Assembly (NCBI GenBank): GCA_963765575.1
Contig: CAVXWZ010000011.1
Location: forward strand, 1 to 64,000
Direction of reading: 5' to 3'
Length of the DNA: 64,000 nucleotides
Source of the DNA: an uncultured cyanobacterium
GTDB taxonomy: Bacteria; Cyanobacteriota; Cyanobacteriia; PCC-6307; Cyanobiaceae
Shown: piece after piece, positions 9,316 through 22,967 of the stretch
Layout of the letters: the number at the start of each line of letters is the position of its first letter
Position numbering within the stretch: the first letter of the stretch is position 1
Translations under genes and position numbers: made by a program
Notes under the pieces: model-generated
Databases searched by the model: none
Told to the model about the DNA's origin: nothing
The model's input: only the letters and a program-made list of their open reading frames with translations

Positions 9316-10254
9316 TCAATGCACGAAGGTGGATCTTGTCGGTAGCTCCTTTGGGGCATCCTGCTCAGCCAGCCATCGCAGCTGCTGATCCAGAGCGCCG
9401 AGCTGCATCACCGTGGCCAGGGTGCCGTGAGACCGTGATGCCCAGCTGAGATCGAAGACGCAGCGGCGGAACTGGTGGGCAGGAAGGGTTGTGCGCAGGT
9501 GGTTGTAGTGGGGGGTATCGATCGGGTTTTCACTGGCATAAAAGATTCGACTGTGGCGCAGGCTGCGGCAGCCTTGGTTCTGCAGGCGCGCCAGCAGGCG
9601 ACTGTCACGCAGCACAGGCGGCGAGGCGGCGAGGCGTCTCCCGATCGGGGCCGAGGCTTCCAACCTCAGGGCCATCACTCCCCCGGCTGATGTCCCCAGG
9701 AGAGCAACGCGATGCCAGGGTGCCAGCTCACAGAGACTGTCCAGGGCCTTGAGCAATGCGGATTCGCAGGCGAAATAGAAGTCGTTTTCTCGGTCTACGA
9801 AATAAACTAGTCCATCAAAGTGGTGCCTGGCAGTGGCATGAAAGCATGGAATTGACATGTTGAGGGCTCTGGCTCTTCCGGTGAAGCACACCAGCAGCCT
9901 GGGGCGATCTGGGAGCGTGGCGGACAGGTAGGCCTGGTCAATTCCCTGGCGCCAATAGTGGGGAAAATGAATTGACTCAAGGTGTTGTGCATGTTTCAGA
10001 TAGCTTAAGTTAAAGCCCGAAGTCTCCCCATTTCGGTTGCGGTAAAGTTTCAGGGCTTTGTTGTAGTCCTTGGCATGCTCGGATCCCAGTAACAAAGCAA
10101 TGGCCCTGGTGCTGTTTGGCGCGGTGCCGCGCCCCCGCCCCCATCGGCAGCTCTGTTGCAGTTGCTGGAGGAAGCTCAGCCCAACAGGCTGGTTACGGCT
10201 GCTTGTCGTGGGCTGTTGCTGCCATCGCTTCTGCTGGAACAGAAACGCTCTCAT
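9316..10254 (-). CDS. Alpha/beta-hydrolase fold protein (putative thioesterase or acyltransferase)
   Basis: Nucleophile elbow LLGTSAGG, candidate acid (ENPID) and His (SHGTL); ATG overlaps the ACP stop. Confidence 0.6.
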   Translation of the reverse strand: MRAFLFQQKRWQQQPTTSSRNQPVGLSFLQQLQQSCRWGRGRGTAPNSTRAIALLLGSEHAKDYNKALKLYRNRNGETSGFNLSYLKHAQHLESIHFPHYWRQGIDQAYLSATLPDRPRLLVCFTGRARALNMSIPCFHATARHHFDGLVYFVDRENDFYFACESALLKALDSLCELAPWHRVALLGTSAGGVMALRLEASAPIGRRLAASPPVLRDSRLLARLQNQGCRSLRHSRIFYASENPIDTPHYNHLRTTLPAHQFRRCVFDLSWASRSHGTLATVMQLGALDQQLRWLAEQDAPKELPTRSTFVH

Positions 10255-10508
10255 GACGAGGCGCTAAGCAGGGTTTTGGTCAGTCCGCAGAGATCAGCTA
10301 CGGTCATGTGCTCTCCAATGGACGTATCCGGAATTTGGATGTTGTAGGCATCTTCAATCTCCATCAACAACTCCATCAGTTCAAGCGACTCAATGCCGGA
10401 CTGGTCGATGGGTGTGGCGAGCAGCTCTTCCGCGCTGATCGATCTGGGGCAGAGCACCTGTATGCGACTGAGTATGAATGCCTCTGGCGTCGCGCTGTCG
10501 AGGTTCAT
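10251..10508 (-). CDS. Acyl carrier protein
   Basis: 85 aa, acidic; GIESLELMELLMEIEDAYNIQIPD...TVADL matches the ACP pattern, with the pantetheine Ser in ESL. Confidence 0.8.
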   Translation of the reverse strand: MNLDSATPEAFILSRIQVLCPRSISAEELLATPIDQSGIESLELMELLMEIEDAYNIQIPDTSIGEHMTVADLCGLTKTLLSASS

Positions 10509-10689
10509 TTGGGTGAATTATCTGTCTCAATTTCTGAACTCTAGATCGGCTGCTTGCTTGTCAGCAAGTATTGCTGGAGAACTCTGAAACGCCAGGCTCG
10601 GCTGAGTAGTGAATACCCGGTGATGTCATGCGCCAGGGATGCAGCACCCCATGGGGCCGCGATCTCCACGGGCCAGATGGCAGGGCCTC

Positions 10690-10815
10690 GGGGTGATGTC
10701 GAAGCAGTGGATGACGCACCCTCGATCACCAGCCCGGTCACCATGTCCAGCCCAGTCCCCATCGCCTCGTGCAGGGCCAGCTTGGGGGTGTGCAGCAGCA
10801 GTTGCAGCATCTGTC
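10690..10815 (-). pseudogene. Degenerate, rearranged partial duplicate of the 5' region of mnmG
   Basis: 10716-10813 aligns with mnmG 7763-7842 (RQMLQLLLHTPKLALHEAMGTGLDMVTGLVIEGA vs [28 protein letters not shown]), with an internal 18-bp duplication. Confidence 0.8.
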
Positions 10816-10881
10816 GCTGGCGTCGCTGCGGGAGTGAGGGCAGGGAGAGATCGGGACTGCCGTCGGTGCCATCCCCCCAGG

Positions 10882-11787
10882 CTAAGACGCAGCACCGAGC
10901 AGGGCTGTGGCGTGGTGGCGCAGGTGGTCGTCGATGAAGCTGGCCACGAAGAAGTAACTGTGGTCGTAGCCCTCCTGGAAGCGCAGGTGGAGCGGGTGGC
11001 CGCTGGCGGCGGCCGCCGCCTCCAGGGCCGCGGGCTGCAGCTGGGATTCGAGGAAGCCGTCGGCCGTGCCCTGGTCCACCAGCAGCGGCAGCAGCTGGCC
11101 AGCGGCGCCCCTGGGGCCGGCGCCGGCGGCCAGCAGCCGGCTGGCATCCCAGGGCCGCCAGGCCTGGGGATCGGGGCCGAGCAGGTGGCCGAAGGCCTTG
11201 CGGCCCCAGGGGCAGGCCGAGGGGTTGGCGATTGGCGCGAAGGCCGACACTGACTGATAGCGACCGGGATGGCGCATCGCACACACCAGGGCGCCGTGGC
11301 CGCCCATGGAGTGGCCGCTGATGCCGCGCCGCGCCGGATCCAGCGGCAGCTGCGCCTCCAGCAGCGCCGGCAGCTCCTCGCTCACGTAGGTGTGCATGGC
11401 GTAGTGCCGGGCCCAGGGCGCTGCGGTGGCGTCCACGTAGAAGCCGGCGCCATGGCCGAAGTCCCAGGCGCCCTCGGGGTCGTCCGGCACCCCGGCACCC
11501 CGGGGGCTGGTGTCCGGGGCCACCAGGGCCAGGCCCAGCTGGGCCGCCAGGCGCTGGGCGCCGGCCTTCTGCATCACGTTTTCGTCGCTGCAGGTGAGCC
11601 CCGAGAGCCACCACAACGCCGGCACGGGCGCGCTGGCCTCACCCAAGCCGCCGGCGCTGTCCAGGAGCACCGGCGGCAGGAACACCCCGAACACCATCGG
11701 GCAGTTCAGCGCCGCGGAGTTGTGGCGGTAGCGGCGCTGGAGGCCGCCGAAGCAGCGCTGCTCCGAGATCAGCTCGAGCCCAGTCAT
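10882..11787 (-). CDS. fghA: S-formylglutathione hydrolase
   Basis: WLSGLTCSDEN, PDTSPRG, GAGFYVDAT, GHSMGGHGA, GYDHSYFF; start ATG 11787 (alternative 11856, overlapping the frmA stop). Confidence 0.95.
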   Translation of the reverse strand: MTGLELISEQRCFGGLQRRYRHNSAALNCPMVFGVFLPPVLLDSAGGLGEASAPVPALWWLSGLTCSDENVMQKAGAQRLAAQLGLALVAPDTSPRGAGVPDDPEGAWDFGHGAGFYVDATAAPWARHYAMHTYVSEELPALLEAQLPLDPARRGISGHSMGGHGALVCAMRHPGRYQSVSAFAPIANPSACPWGRKAFGHLLGPDPQAWRPWDASRLLAAGAGPRGAAGQLLPLLVDQGTADGFLESQLQPAALEAAAAASGHPLHLRFQEGYDHSYFFVASFIDDHLRHHATALLGAAS

Positions 11788-11855
11788 GGGCAGCCGGGCA
11801 GCAGGAGTGGATCGGCCATCAGATCGAGCCATCAGATCAGCGAGCAGATCAGCCA

Positions 11856-13733
<1,878 letters not shown>

Positions 13734-13743
13734 GGGCCGCCCA

Positions 13744-15186
13744 TCACGGCGCCGCCAGGTTGCGGAAGCGGGTGAACTGGGGTTCGAACAGCAGCTTCAC
13801 CGTGCCCACCGGCCCGTTGCGGTGCTTGGTCACGATCACCTCGGTGATGCCGCGATCCGGGGTTTCAGGGTTGTAGTACTCATCGCGGTAGATCATCAGC
13901 ACCAGGTCGGCGTCCTGCTCGATCGAGCCCGATTCGCGCAGGTCGCTGAGCATCGGCCGTTTGTTGGTGCGCGATTCCACCCCCCGGCTGAGCTGGGAGA
14001 GGGCGATCACCGGCACATTCAGTTCCCGGGCCAGGCCCTTCAGGCCGCGGGTGATGCGGGAGAGTTCCTGCACCCGGTTGTCGGGCGTGGAACCCTCCAT
14101 CAACTGCAGGTAGTCGATCACCACCAGACCCAGCTCCCGCCCCTGCTCCGCCATCAGCCGCCGGCACAGGGAGCGCATCTCCAGCACGCCGGCATTGGGC
14201 TTGTCATCGATGAACAGCGGCAACTGGCCCAGGGTGTTGATGCCCTGCCCCAGCAGGGGCCATTCCTCCTGCTGCAGTCGGCCGGTGCGCAACCGGCCGC
14301 TCTCGATCCCCACCTCGGTGGACAGCAGCCGGTAGGTGAGCTGCTCCTTGCTCATCTCCAGGCTGAACACACACACCGGCAGCTGGTGCAGCTGGGCCAC
14401 GTTCTTGGCGATGTTGAGCACGATCGAGGTTTTGCCCATCGCCGGCCGGCCGGCCACGATGATCAGATCGCTGCGCTGCAGGCCCTGGGTGATGGCATCG
14501 AGGTCGTAGAAGTTCACCGGGATGCCCGCCACCGAGGTGCCCAGCGAGCGGCTTTCGATCTCGTTGAAGGTGCTGGTGAGAATCTCGGCCGTGGGGATCA
14601 GGCCGCTGCTGGGCTTCTCCTGGCTGATCGCGAAGATCTTCTGCTCGGCCTCGTCGAGCACCATCTCCATCGGCTTGGCCTGATCGAAGCCCAGGGCGAT
14701 CACCTCGTTGCCGGAGCGGATCAGCTGGCGGCGCAGAAACTTGTCCATCACCAGCCGGGCCACCTGCTCGATGGAGGCCGTGGAGGTGATGCGCTCCACC
14801 AGTTCCACCAGGCGACCGGCTCCGCCCACTTTCTCCAGGGCCCCGGTGTCCGCCAGCCAGGCGGTCATGGCGGTGAGGTCGGTGGGTTTGCCCTGGCTGT
14901 TCAGCATCAGGGCGGTGCGGTAGATCTCCCGGTGGGCGCTGAGGTAGAAGGCCTCGGGCCGCAGCACATCGGCGATCCGGGCCATGGCCTCGGGATCGAG
15001 CAGGATGCCGCCCAGCACCGCCTCCTCGGCCTCCAGATTCTGGGGAGGCAGGGAATCGGGCAGGGCTTCGAAGCGAGCCTCGTCCCGCTGGCGCCCCCCT
15101 TGGCCCTGGCGGCCCCCTTCGCCCTGGCGGCCAGAACGGGCGTCATCGCCGGCCGGCGACTGGTTGCCGAGGGGAACGCTCACCAT
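13744..15186 (-). CDS. dnaB: Replicative DNA helicase DnaB (no intein)
   Basis: PPQNLEAEEAVLGGIL, Walker A GRPAMGKT, IDYLQL, LSQLSR, DLRESGSIEQDAD, KHRNGP. Confidence 0.98.
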   Translation of the reverse strand: MVSVPLGNQSPAGDDARSGRQGEGGRQGQGGRQRDEARFEALPDSLPPQNLEAEEAVLGGILLDPEAMARIADVLRPEAFYLSAHREIYRTALMLNSQGKPTDLTAMTAWLADTGALEKVGGAGRLVELVERITSTASIEQVARLVMDKFLRRQLIRSGNEVIALGFDQAKPMEMVLDEAEQKIFAISQEKPSSGLIPTAEILTSTFNEIESRSLGTSVAGIPVNFYDLDAITQGLQRSDLIIVAGRPAMGKTSIVLNIAKNVAQLHQLPVCVFSLEMSKEQLTYRLLSTEVGIESGRLRTGRLQQEEWPLLGQGINTLGQLPLFIDDKPNAGVLEMRSLCRRLMAEQGRELGLVVIDYLQLMEGSTPDNRVQELSRITRGLKGLARELNVPVIALSQLSRGVESRTNKRPMLSDLRESGSIEQDADLVLMIYRDEYYNPETPDRGITEVIVTKHRNGPVGTVKLLFEPQFTRFRNLAAP

Positions 15187-15356
15187 GGCCGGGCTACTGG
15201 GGGGGGCATGGGGCGCTCAAGGCTGGATGCAGTCAGGCGGAGCGCCGCTCAGCCCACAACAGACTCTGGAGCACCTCCATTGTGAACCGACCCGGCGCCA
15301 GATCGGTGGGCGGCGGCGGTGAGTTTGCTGGGGCAGCCCGGTTTGAGGGGCAGCCT

Positions 15357-15815
15357 TCAGTGGCTGAGCACTTCGAGGTTGATCTCCGCCGTCACCTCGG
15401 GGTGCAGCTTCACCTGCACCTTGTAGGAGCCGGTGCGGTGGATCTCGGGCACGGTGATGGCCCGGCGGTCGACGTCCTTCTTGGTGGCGGCCTCGATCGC
15501 CTCGGCCACATCCCCGTTGGTCACGGTGCCGAAGAGCACGTCGTCACCGCCGGTCTGTTTCTTGACGGTGAAGCGGCCAATGGTCGCCAGGGCAGTGCGG
15601 AAGGCCTCGGCCTCGGCCTTGTGGGCGGCCTGACGCTCGGCCTCCTTGGCCCGGCGCGCCTCCACTTGGCGCAGCACGGCCCGGGTGAGGGGAACGGCCT
15701 TGCCGGTGGGAACCAGGAAATTGCGGGCGTAACCGGGGGCCACATCCACCAGATCGCCGCCCTTGCCCAGGCTGAGGACGTCCTCCTGAAGGACCACTTG
15801 TACGCGCTTGGCCAT
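15357..15815 (-). CDS. rplI: 50S ribosomal protein L9
   Basis: MAKRVQVVL...[32 protein letters not shown]. Confidence 0.97.
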   Translation of the reverse strand: MAKRVQVVLQEDVLSLGKGGDLVDVAPGYARNFLVPTGKAVPLTRAVLRQVEARRAKEAERQAAHKAEAEAFRTALATIGRFTVKKQTGGDDVLFGTVTNGDVAEAIEAATKKDVDRRAITVPEIHRTGSYKVQVKLHPEVTAEINLEVLSH

Positions 15816-15911
15816 GGTGAAAGGACGGGGGGATGTGATCGCGAGCCGATCGATCACCCTAGGTGATGGGGATCGGCCCTTTCGGCGGCAGGGCGCTGCC
15901 GCTGGGCGGCT

Positions 15912-16937
15912 TCAGCCGCGGCGGCCGGAGCGACGGTTGGCGGGACGGCCGAGGGCGGCCGCGGCGGGCAGGCGCACCTGGCGTGCCAGCCCCAGGGCCC
16001 GCATCAGGCGGATGTGCTGCCAGGTGAGGTCGAGCTGGCGACCGAAGCCATGGCGGGCCGAATGGGGGAAGGCATGGTGGTTGTTGTGCCAGCCCTCGCC
16101 GAAGGTGAGCGCCGCCACCCACACGTTGTTGCGCGACTGATCGCCGCTGTCGTGGGACACGCCGCCCCAGCAGTGGGTGGCCGAATTCACCAGCCAGGTG
16201 CAGTGGTACACCACCACCAGGCGCAGGGGGATGCCCCAGAGCACCAGGGCCCAGCCACCGGCACCGGTGATGGTGCCGATCCAGAACAGCAGGCCAGCCA
16301 GGGGCAGCTGCAGCAGCAGGAACCAGTTGTTCAGCCAGCGGTAGTAGGGATCGCGGGCCAGATCACCGGTGAGCCGGGGCACGGCCGACATGGCCGGGAT
16401 GGTGTGAAACATCCAGCCCATGTGGCTCCACCAGAAGCCCTTCGTGCTGGTGTGGTGGTCGACATCGGTGTCGGAAAACTTGTGGTGGTGGCGGTGCAGG
16501 CCCACCCAGTCGATCGGGCCGTGCTGGCAGCTGAGGGCGCCGCAGGTGGCGAAGAAGCGCTCCAGCCAGTGGGGCACGCGGAAGGCGCGGTGGCTGAGCA
16601 TGCGGTGGTAGCCCACGGTCACCCCCAGGCAGGCGGTGACCCAGTACAGAACCAGAAAGCTGGCCACGGCCGGCAGGCTCCAGAAGCGGGGCAGCAGGGC
16701 CACCACCGCGAGCCCATGGATGGCCGACATGTAGGTGATGGTTCCCCAGCGGGTGCCACGCTTGATCTCCGGCTCGGGTTCGCCGGCGCGGGCCTGGTGC
16801 AGGGCTTCGGCCCGGAGCAGGCCCTTGGCGCCGCCATTGATGGAGGCGGGCTGGCGGGTGCTGCGGGCGGAGGGGCGGGAACCAGCGGCAGTTCCAGTGC
16901 CGCGGGCTCCCGATCGTGGGGCGGTTGTAGCGGCCAT
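15912..16937 (-). CDS. desC: Acyl-lipid delta-9 desaturase
   Basis: His boxes GYHRMLSHRAF, HRHHHKFSD and GEGWHNNHH; start uncertain (16937 or downstream). Confidence 0.9.
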   Translation of the reverse strand: MAATTAPRSGARGTGTAAGSRPSARSTRQPASINGGAKGLLRAEALHQARAGEPEPEIKRGTRWGTITYMSAIHGLAVVALLPRFWSLPAVASFLVLYWVTACLGVTVGYHRMLSHRAFRVPHWLERFFATCGALSCQHGPIDWVGLHRHHHKFSDTDVDHHTSTKGFWWSHMGWMFHTIPAMSAVPRLTGDLARDPYYRWLNNWFLLLQLPLAGLLFWIGTITGAGGWALVLWGIPLRLVVVYHCTWLVNSATHCWGGVSHDSGDQSRNNVWVAALTFGEGWHNNHHAFPHSARHGFGRQLDLTWQHIRLMRALGLARQVRLPAAAALGRPANRRSGRRG

Positions 16938-16966
16938 AGCGGACCGGCTCCTGATCAATCGATAGG

Positions 16967-17815
16967 ATGGTAGCAATACGAATTCGGATTGCGAGCTGCG
17001 TTGTGGGTTATCGGGATGACCTCACGGCCGGCCGGGTGGCCTTTGCCCACCTGATCCGTGTCTGGCATGGCCGCAACGGCTGGAGCCATCGCGTTCTGCC
17101 GGGGCTGGCCGACGCGCTCGACCTGGGCCGGGTGCACAACTCCCAGCTGTCGATGCTGCGCAACGGCAAGCTCGCCTCCCCGGGGCCGGAGGTGTTCCTG
17201 GCCCTCGGCCGCATCAACAGCCTCCTGGCTGAGCAGGCCAGTGCCGGCAGCCTCACCCCCGACCTGCGCCAGCGCCTCGTGGCCCATCCCGAACTGCTCG
17301 CCGCCCTCGAGGCCTCGGCCCTGCCGGTGCAGGCCCCGGGCGAGCCGGTGCTGGGGCCCGGCGAGCTGCTGGAGGTGTTCGTGGGCCTGCGCCAGCCCCC
17401 GGCGGCCTTTGATCTGCGCATCGCCGACGGCGAAGCCGCCCCCCTCAGCGCCGCCCTGGCCGACCTCCTGTGCGCCGGCCGTCCCTGGCGGCTGTGCCGC
17501 GAGCCGGTGCTGGCCGCCTATCCGGTGGCCAAACGCCAGCGCCGCGAACGCTTTGCCGAGGTGATGGCCGGCCAGCGCGACTACAGCGCCGCCGAGCTGG
17601 ATGCGGAACTGCCCGATCTGCGCCTCACCCTGGCGGCCCTCGGCGGGGCCTGGGAGGGGGAACTGGAACCCGATCAATTCCTGGAGCTGCTGCGCCAGCG
17701 GGGCCGCGAGCTGCAGGAGCTGGGCTGGGCAGCCCCCCCCCAGGGCGATCTTGGTGCGGCGATCCGGGCCCGGCTGGCGCGTGTGGCGGCGGACCCGCCG
17801 CCCCAGGCCCCATGA
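16967..17815 (+). CDS. Conserved hypothetical protein with an N-terminal XRE-like HTH
   Basis: NGWSHRVLPGLADALDLGRVHNSQLSMLRNGKLASPGPEVFLALG; divergent from desC; stop overlaps the next ATG. Confidence 0.65.
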   Translation: MVAIRIRIASCVVGYRDDLTAGRVAFAHLIRVWHGRNGWSHRVLPGLADALDLGRVHNSQLSMLRNGKLASPGPEVFLALGRINSLLAEQASAGSLTPDLRQRLVAHPELLAALEASALPVQAPGEPVLGPGELLEVFVGLRQPPAAFDLRIADGEAAPLSAALADLLCAGRPWRLCREPVLAAYPVAKRQRRERFAEVMAGQRDYSAAELDAELPDLRLTLAALGGAWEGELEPDQFLELLRQRGRELQELGWAAPPQGDLGAAIRARLARVAADPPPQAP

Positions 17816-19074
17816 CGGCAGAGAGGAGCTGGGCGGCCGAGCGGCTGGCCGCCGCCGAGGCGGACCTCGCCCCCCTGGCCGCGGCCCACACCGCCGCGGT
17901 GCGGGGGCGGCTGGAGCGGGTGCTGGCGGCCTTCGCCGCCGAGCGCGTGGGGGTGCAGCACTTCGCCTCGGTGAGCGGCTATGGCCACGGCGACCAGGGC
18001 CGCGAGGTGCTCGATCGCGTTGTCGCCCGGGTGCTCCAGGCCGAGGCCGCGGCGGTGCGGCTGCAGTTCGTGAGCGGCACCCATGCCATCACTGCCGCCC
18101 TGTTCGGGGTGCTGCGGCCCGGCGATCGGCTGCTGGCCCTCACGGGCCGCCCCTACGACACCCTCGAGGAGGTGATCGGCATCCGCGGCCGCGGCCAGGG
18201 CTCCCTGGCGGAGTTCGGCATCCGCTACGACCAGCTCGACCTGCTGGCCGACGGCGGCATCGCCTGGGATGGCCTGGCCGCCGCCCTGGCGATGCCCACC
18301 CGCATGGTGCTGATCCAGCGCAGCCGGGGCTACAGCTGGCGCCCGTCGCTGGCCGTGGCCGAGATCGGCCGGCTGGTGCAGCGGGTGAAGACCCTGCAGC
18401 CGGACTGCGTGGTGTTCGTGGACAACTGCTACGGGGAGCTGGTGGAGGACCGCGAACCCACGGCCGTGGGCGCCGACCTGATCGCCGGCTCCCTGATCAA
18501 GAACCTCGGCGGCACGATCGCCCCCGGCGGCGGCTACGTGGCCGGCCGCGCCGAGCTGGTGGAGCAGGCCTGCTGCCGGCTCACCGCCCCGGGCATCGGC
18601 AGTGCCGGTGGCAGCGGTTTCGATCTCCAGCGACTCTTGTTTCAGGGGCTGTTCCTGGCCCCGCAGATGGTGGCCGAGGCGCTGATCTGCAGCGAGCTGA
18701 TCGCGCTGGTGTTCGGCGACCTGGGCTTCGCCGTCAGTCCACGGCCCGGCGCGGCCCGCACGGACGTGATCCAGGCGGTGCGGCTGGGTGATCCGGAGCT
18801 GCTCAAGGTTGTGTGCCGCGCCTTCCAGGCCGCCTCACCGATCGGCTCCTACCTGGATCCGGTGCCGGCGCCGATGCCCGGCTACGCCAGTGAGCTGGTG
18901 ATGGCCGGCGGCACCTTCATCGACGGCAGCACCAGCGAGCTCTCCGCCGACGCCCCCCTGCGCCAGCCCTACGTGCTCTATGCCCAGGGCGGCACCCACC
19001 GGGCCCACGCCGCCATTGCCCTGCAACGGGCCCTGGAGGCGATGGGCGAACGCCGCCGTCGTCCGACAGACTGA
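17812..19074 (+). CDS. Methionine gamma-lyase family (aluminium resistance/YnbB-type) PLP enzyme
   Basis: SGYGHGDQGRE, FVSGTHAI, IQRSRGY, VDNCYGE, GSLIKNLGG, MAGGTF. Confidence 0.92.
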   Translation: MTAERSWAAERLAAAEADLAPLAAAHTAAVRGRLERVLAAFAAERVGVQHFASVSGYGHGDQGREVLDRVVARVLQAEAAAVRLQFVSGTHAITAALFGVLRPGDRLLALTGRPYDTLEEVIGIRGRGQGSLAEFGIRYDQLDLLADGGIAWDGLAAALAMPTRMVLIQRSRGYSWRPSLAVAEIGRLVQRVKTLQPDCVVFVDNCYGELVEDREPTAVGADLIAGSLIKNLGGTIAPGGGYVAGRAELVEQACCRLTAPGIGSAGGSGFDLQRLLFQGLFLAPQMVAEALICSELIALVFGDLGFAVSPRPGAARTDVIQAVRLGDPELLKVVCRAFQAASPIGSYLDPVPAPMPGYASELVMAGGTFIDGSTSELSADAPLRQPYVLYAQGGTHRAHAAIALQRALEAMGERRRRPTD

Positions 19075-19101
19075 TCGCCACGCTTTCCCGGCCTGCCAGC
19101 C

Positions 19102-19490
19102 ATGGCGCTCCATTTCCCCAGCGACTGCCGCTTCGCCGACAGTCACGAATACGTGCGGCCCGAGGGCGAACGGGCGCGGCTCGGCCTCAGTGCCTTCGCC
19201 GTGGACCAGCTCGGTGACATCGTCTTTGTGGAACTGCCCGAGGTGGGGGCCGAGCTCAGCGCTGGCCAGACCTTCGGCAGTGTCGAATCGGTGAAGGCCG
19301 TGGAGGATCTGCTGGCCCCGATCAGCGGGGTGGTGGAGGCCCGCAACGAGGCCGTGCTGGCCAACCCCGAGGAATTGCAGAACGACCCCTATGGCGAGGG
19401 TTGGCTGGTGATGATCCGCCCCACCGCCCCCGAGCAGCTGGAGGGCCTGATGCCGGCCGAGCGCTACGCCGCCAAACTGCAGGCCAAGGG

Positions 19491-19494
<4 letters not shown>
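19102..19494 (+). CDS. gcvH: Glycine cleavage system H protein
   Basis: [14 protein letters not shown], lipoyl-Lys motif VESVKA, DPYGEGW. Confidence 0.97.
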
Positions 19495-22469
<2,975 letters not shown>

Positions 22470-22505
22470 GGGCGATCTGGGGTCATACTGTGCCCAGGTG
22501 AACCT

Positions 22506-22522
22506 GAAATCCTCAGGATTTC
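22506..22522. promoter_or_regulatory. Perfect inverted repeat GAAATCCT-c-AGGATTTC, candidate operator
   Basis: 8-bp arms with a 1-nt spacer in the relatively AT-rich intergenic region after gcvP. Confidence 0.45.
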
Positions 22523-22609
22523 TTTGCGATCGAGCCCTTGCTTTTGCGGCTGCATCTGTTGCAACTGCAGCTCAGGCGCTCCGGTCGCCCGTTGTTTGGG
22601 GTGGGGATC

Positions 22610-22927
22610 ATGAACGGCAGCAATCCAGGCGGGCCTGAGGGCCGCAATCCCCAGGGCCCTGATCCCCAGGGCCACAATCTCAATGGCGCTGATCTGAAGT
22701 TCAGCGACCCGAGCTGCGGCAGTGATCCGGCCGCCGCCTCCCCTGGCGCAGTGGCTGGGCAAGGTCAGGCGTCCATGGGTCCGGTGGCCGACACCAATGT
22801 GGTGCGGGTGCCCTTCGGCGTGCGCCGCTCCCGCCGCAGCCGCCCGGCCCGGCCTGAGCGCTGGGCCACCGTGGTGCTGCCCTTCCACGGCGGCAGCGAT
22901 CCCACGCCGCCGCCCCAGGCCGCCTGA
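22610..22927 (+). CDS. Small hypothetical protein
   Basis: ATG 22610; N-terminal 5-aa repeats, then NVVRVPFGVRRSRR...ERWATVVLPF. Confidence 0.5.
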   Translation: MNGSNPGGPEGRNPQGPDPQGHNLNGADLKFSDPSCGSDPAAASPGAVAGQGQASMGPVADTNVVRVPFGVRRSRRSRPARPERWATVVLPFHGGSDPTPPPQAA

Positions 22928-22967
22928 TTCGGCCCCGGCGGGGCGGCCCCGGCGGCGGCCCGACCGA

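Noticed and set aside
13744..15186. DnaB intein
   Set aside because: The protein is 480 aa and continuous through RESGSIEQDAD, with no insertion.
15187..15356. Structured ncRNA between rplI and dnaB
   Set aside because: Only short stems (tggag-cac-ctcca), with no recognisable RNA family.
16968..16980. NtcA site in the desC promoter (GTAgcaaTAC)
   Set aside because: The spacer is 4 nt, not the 8 nt required for GTA-N8-TAC.
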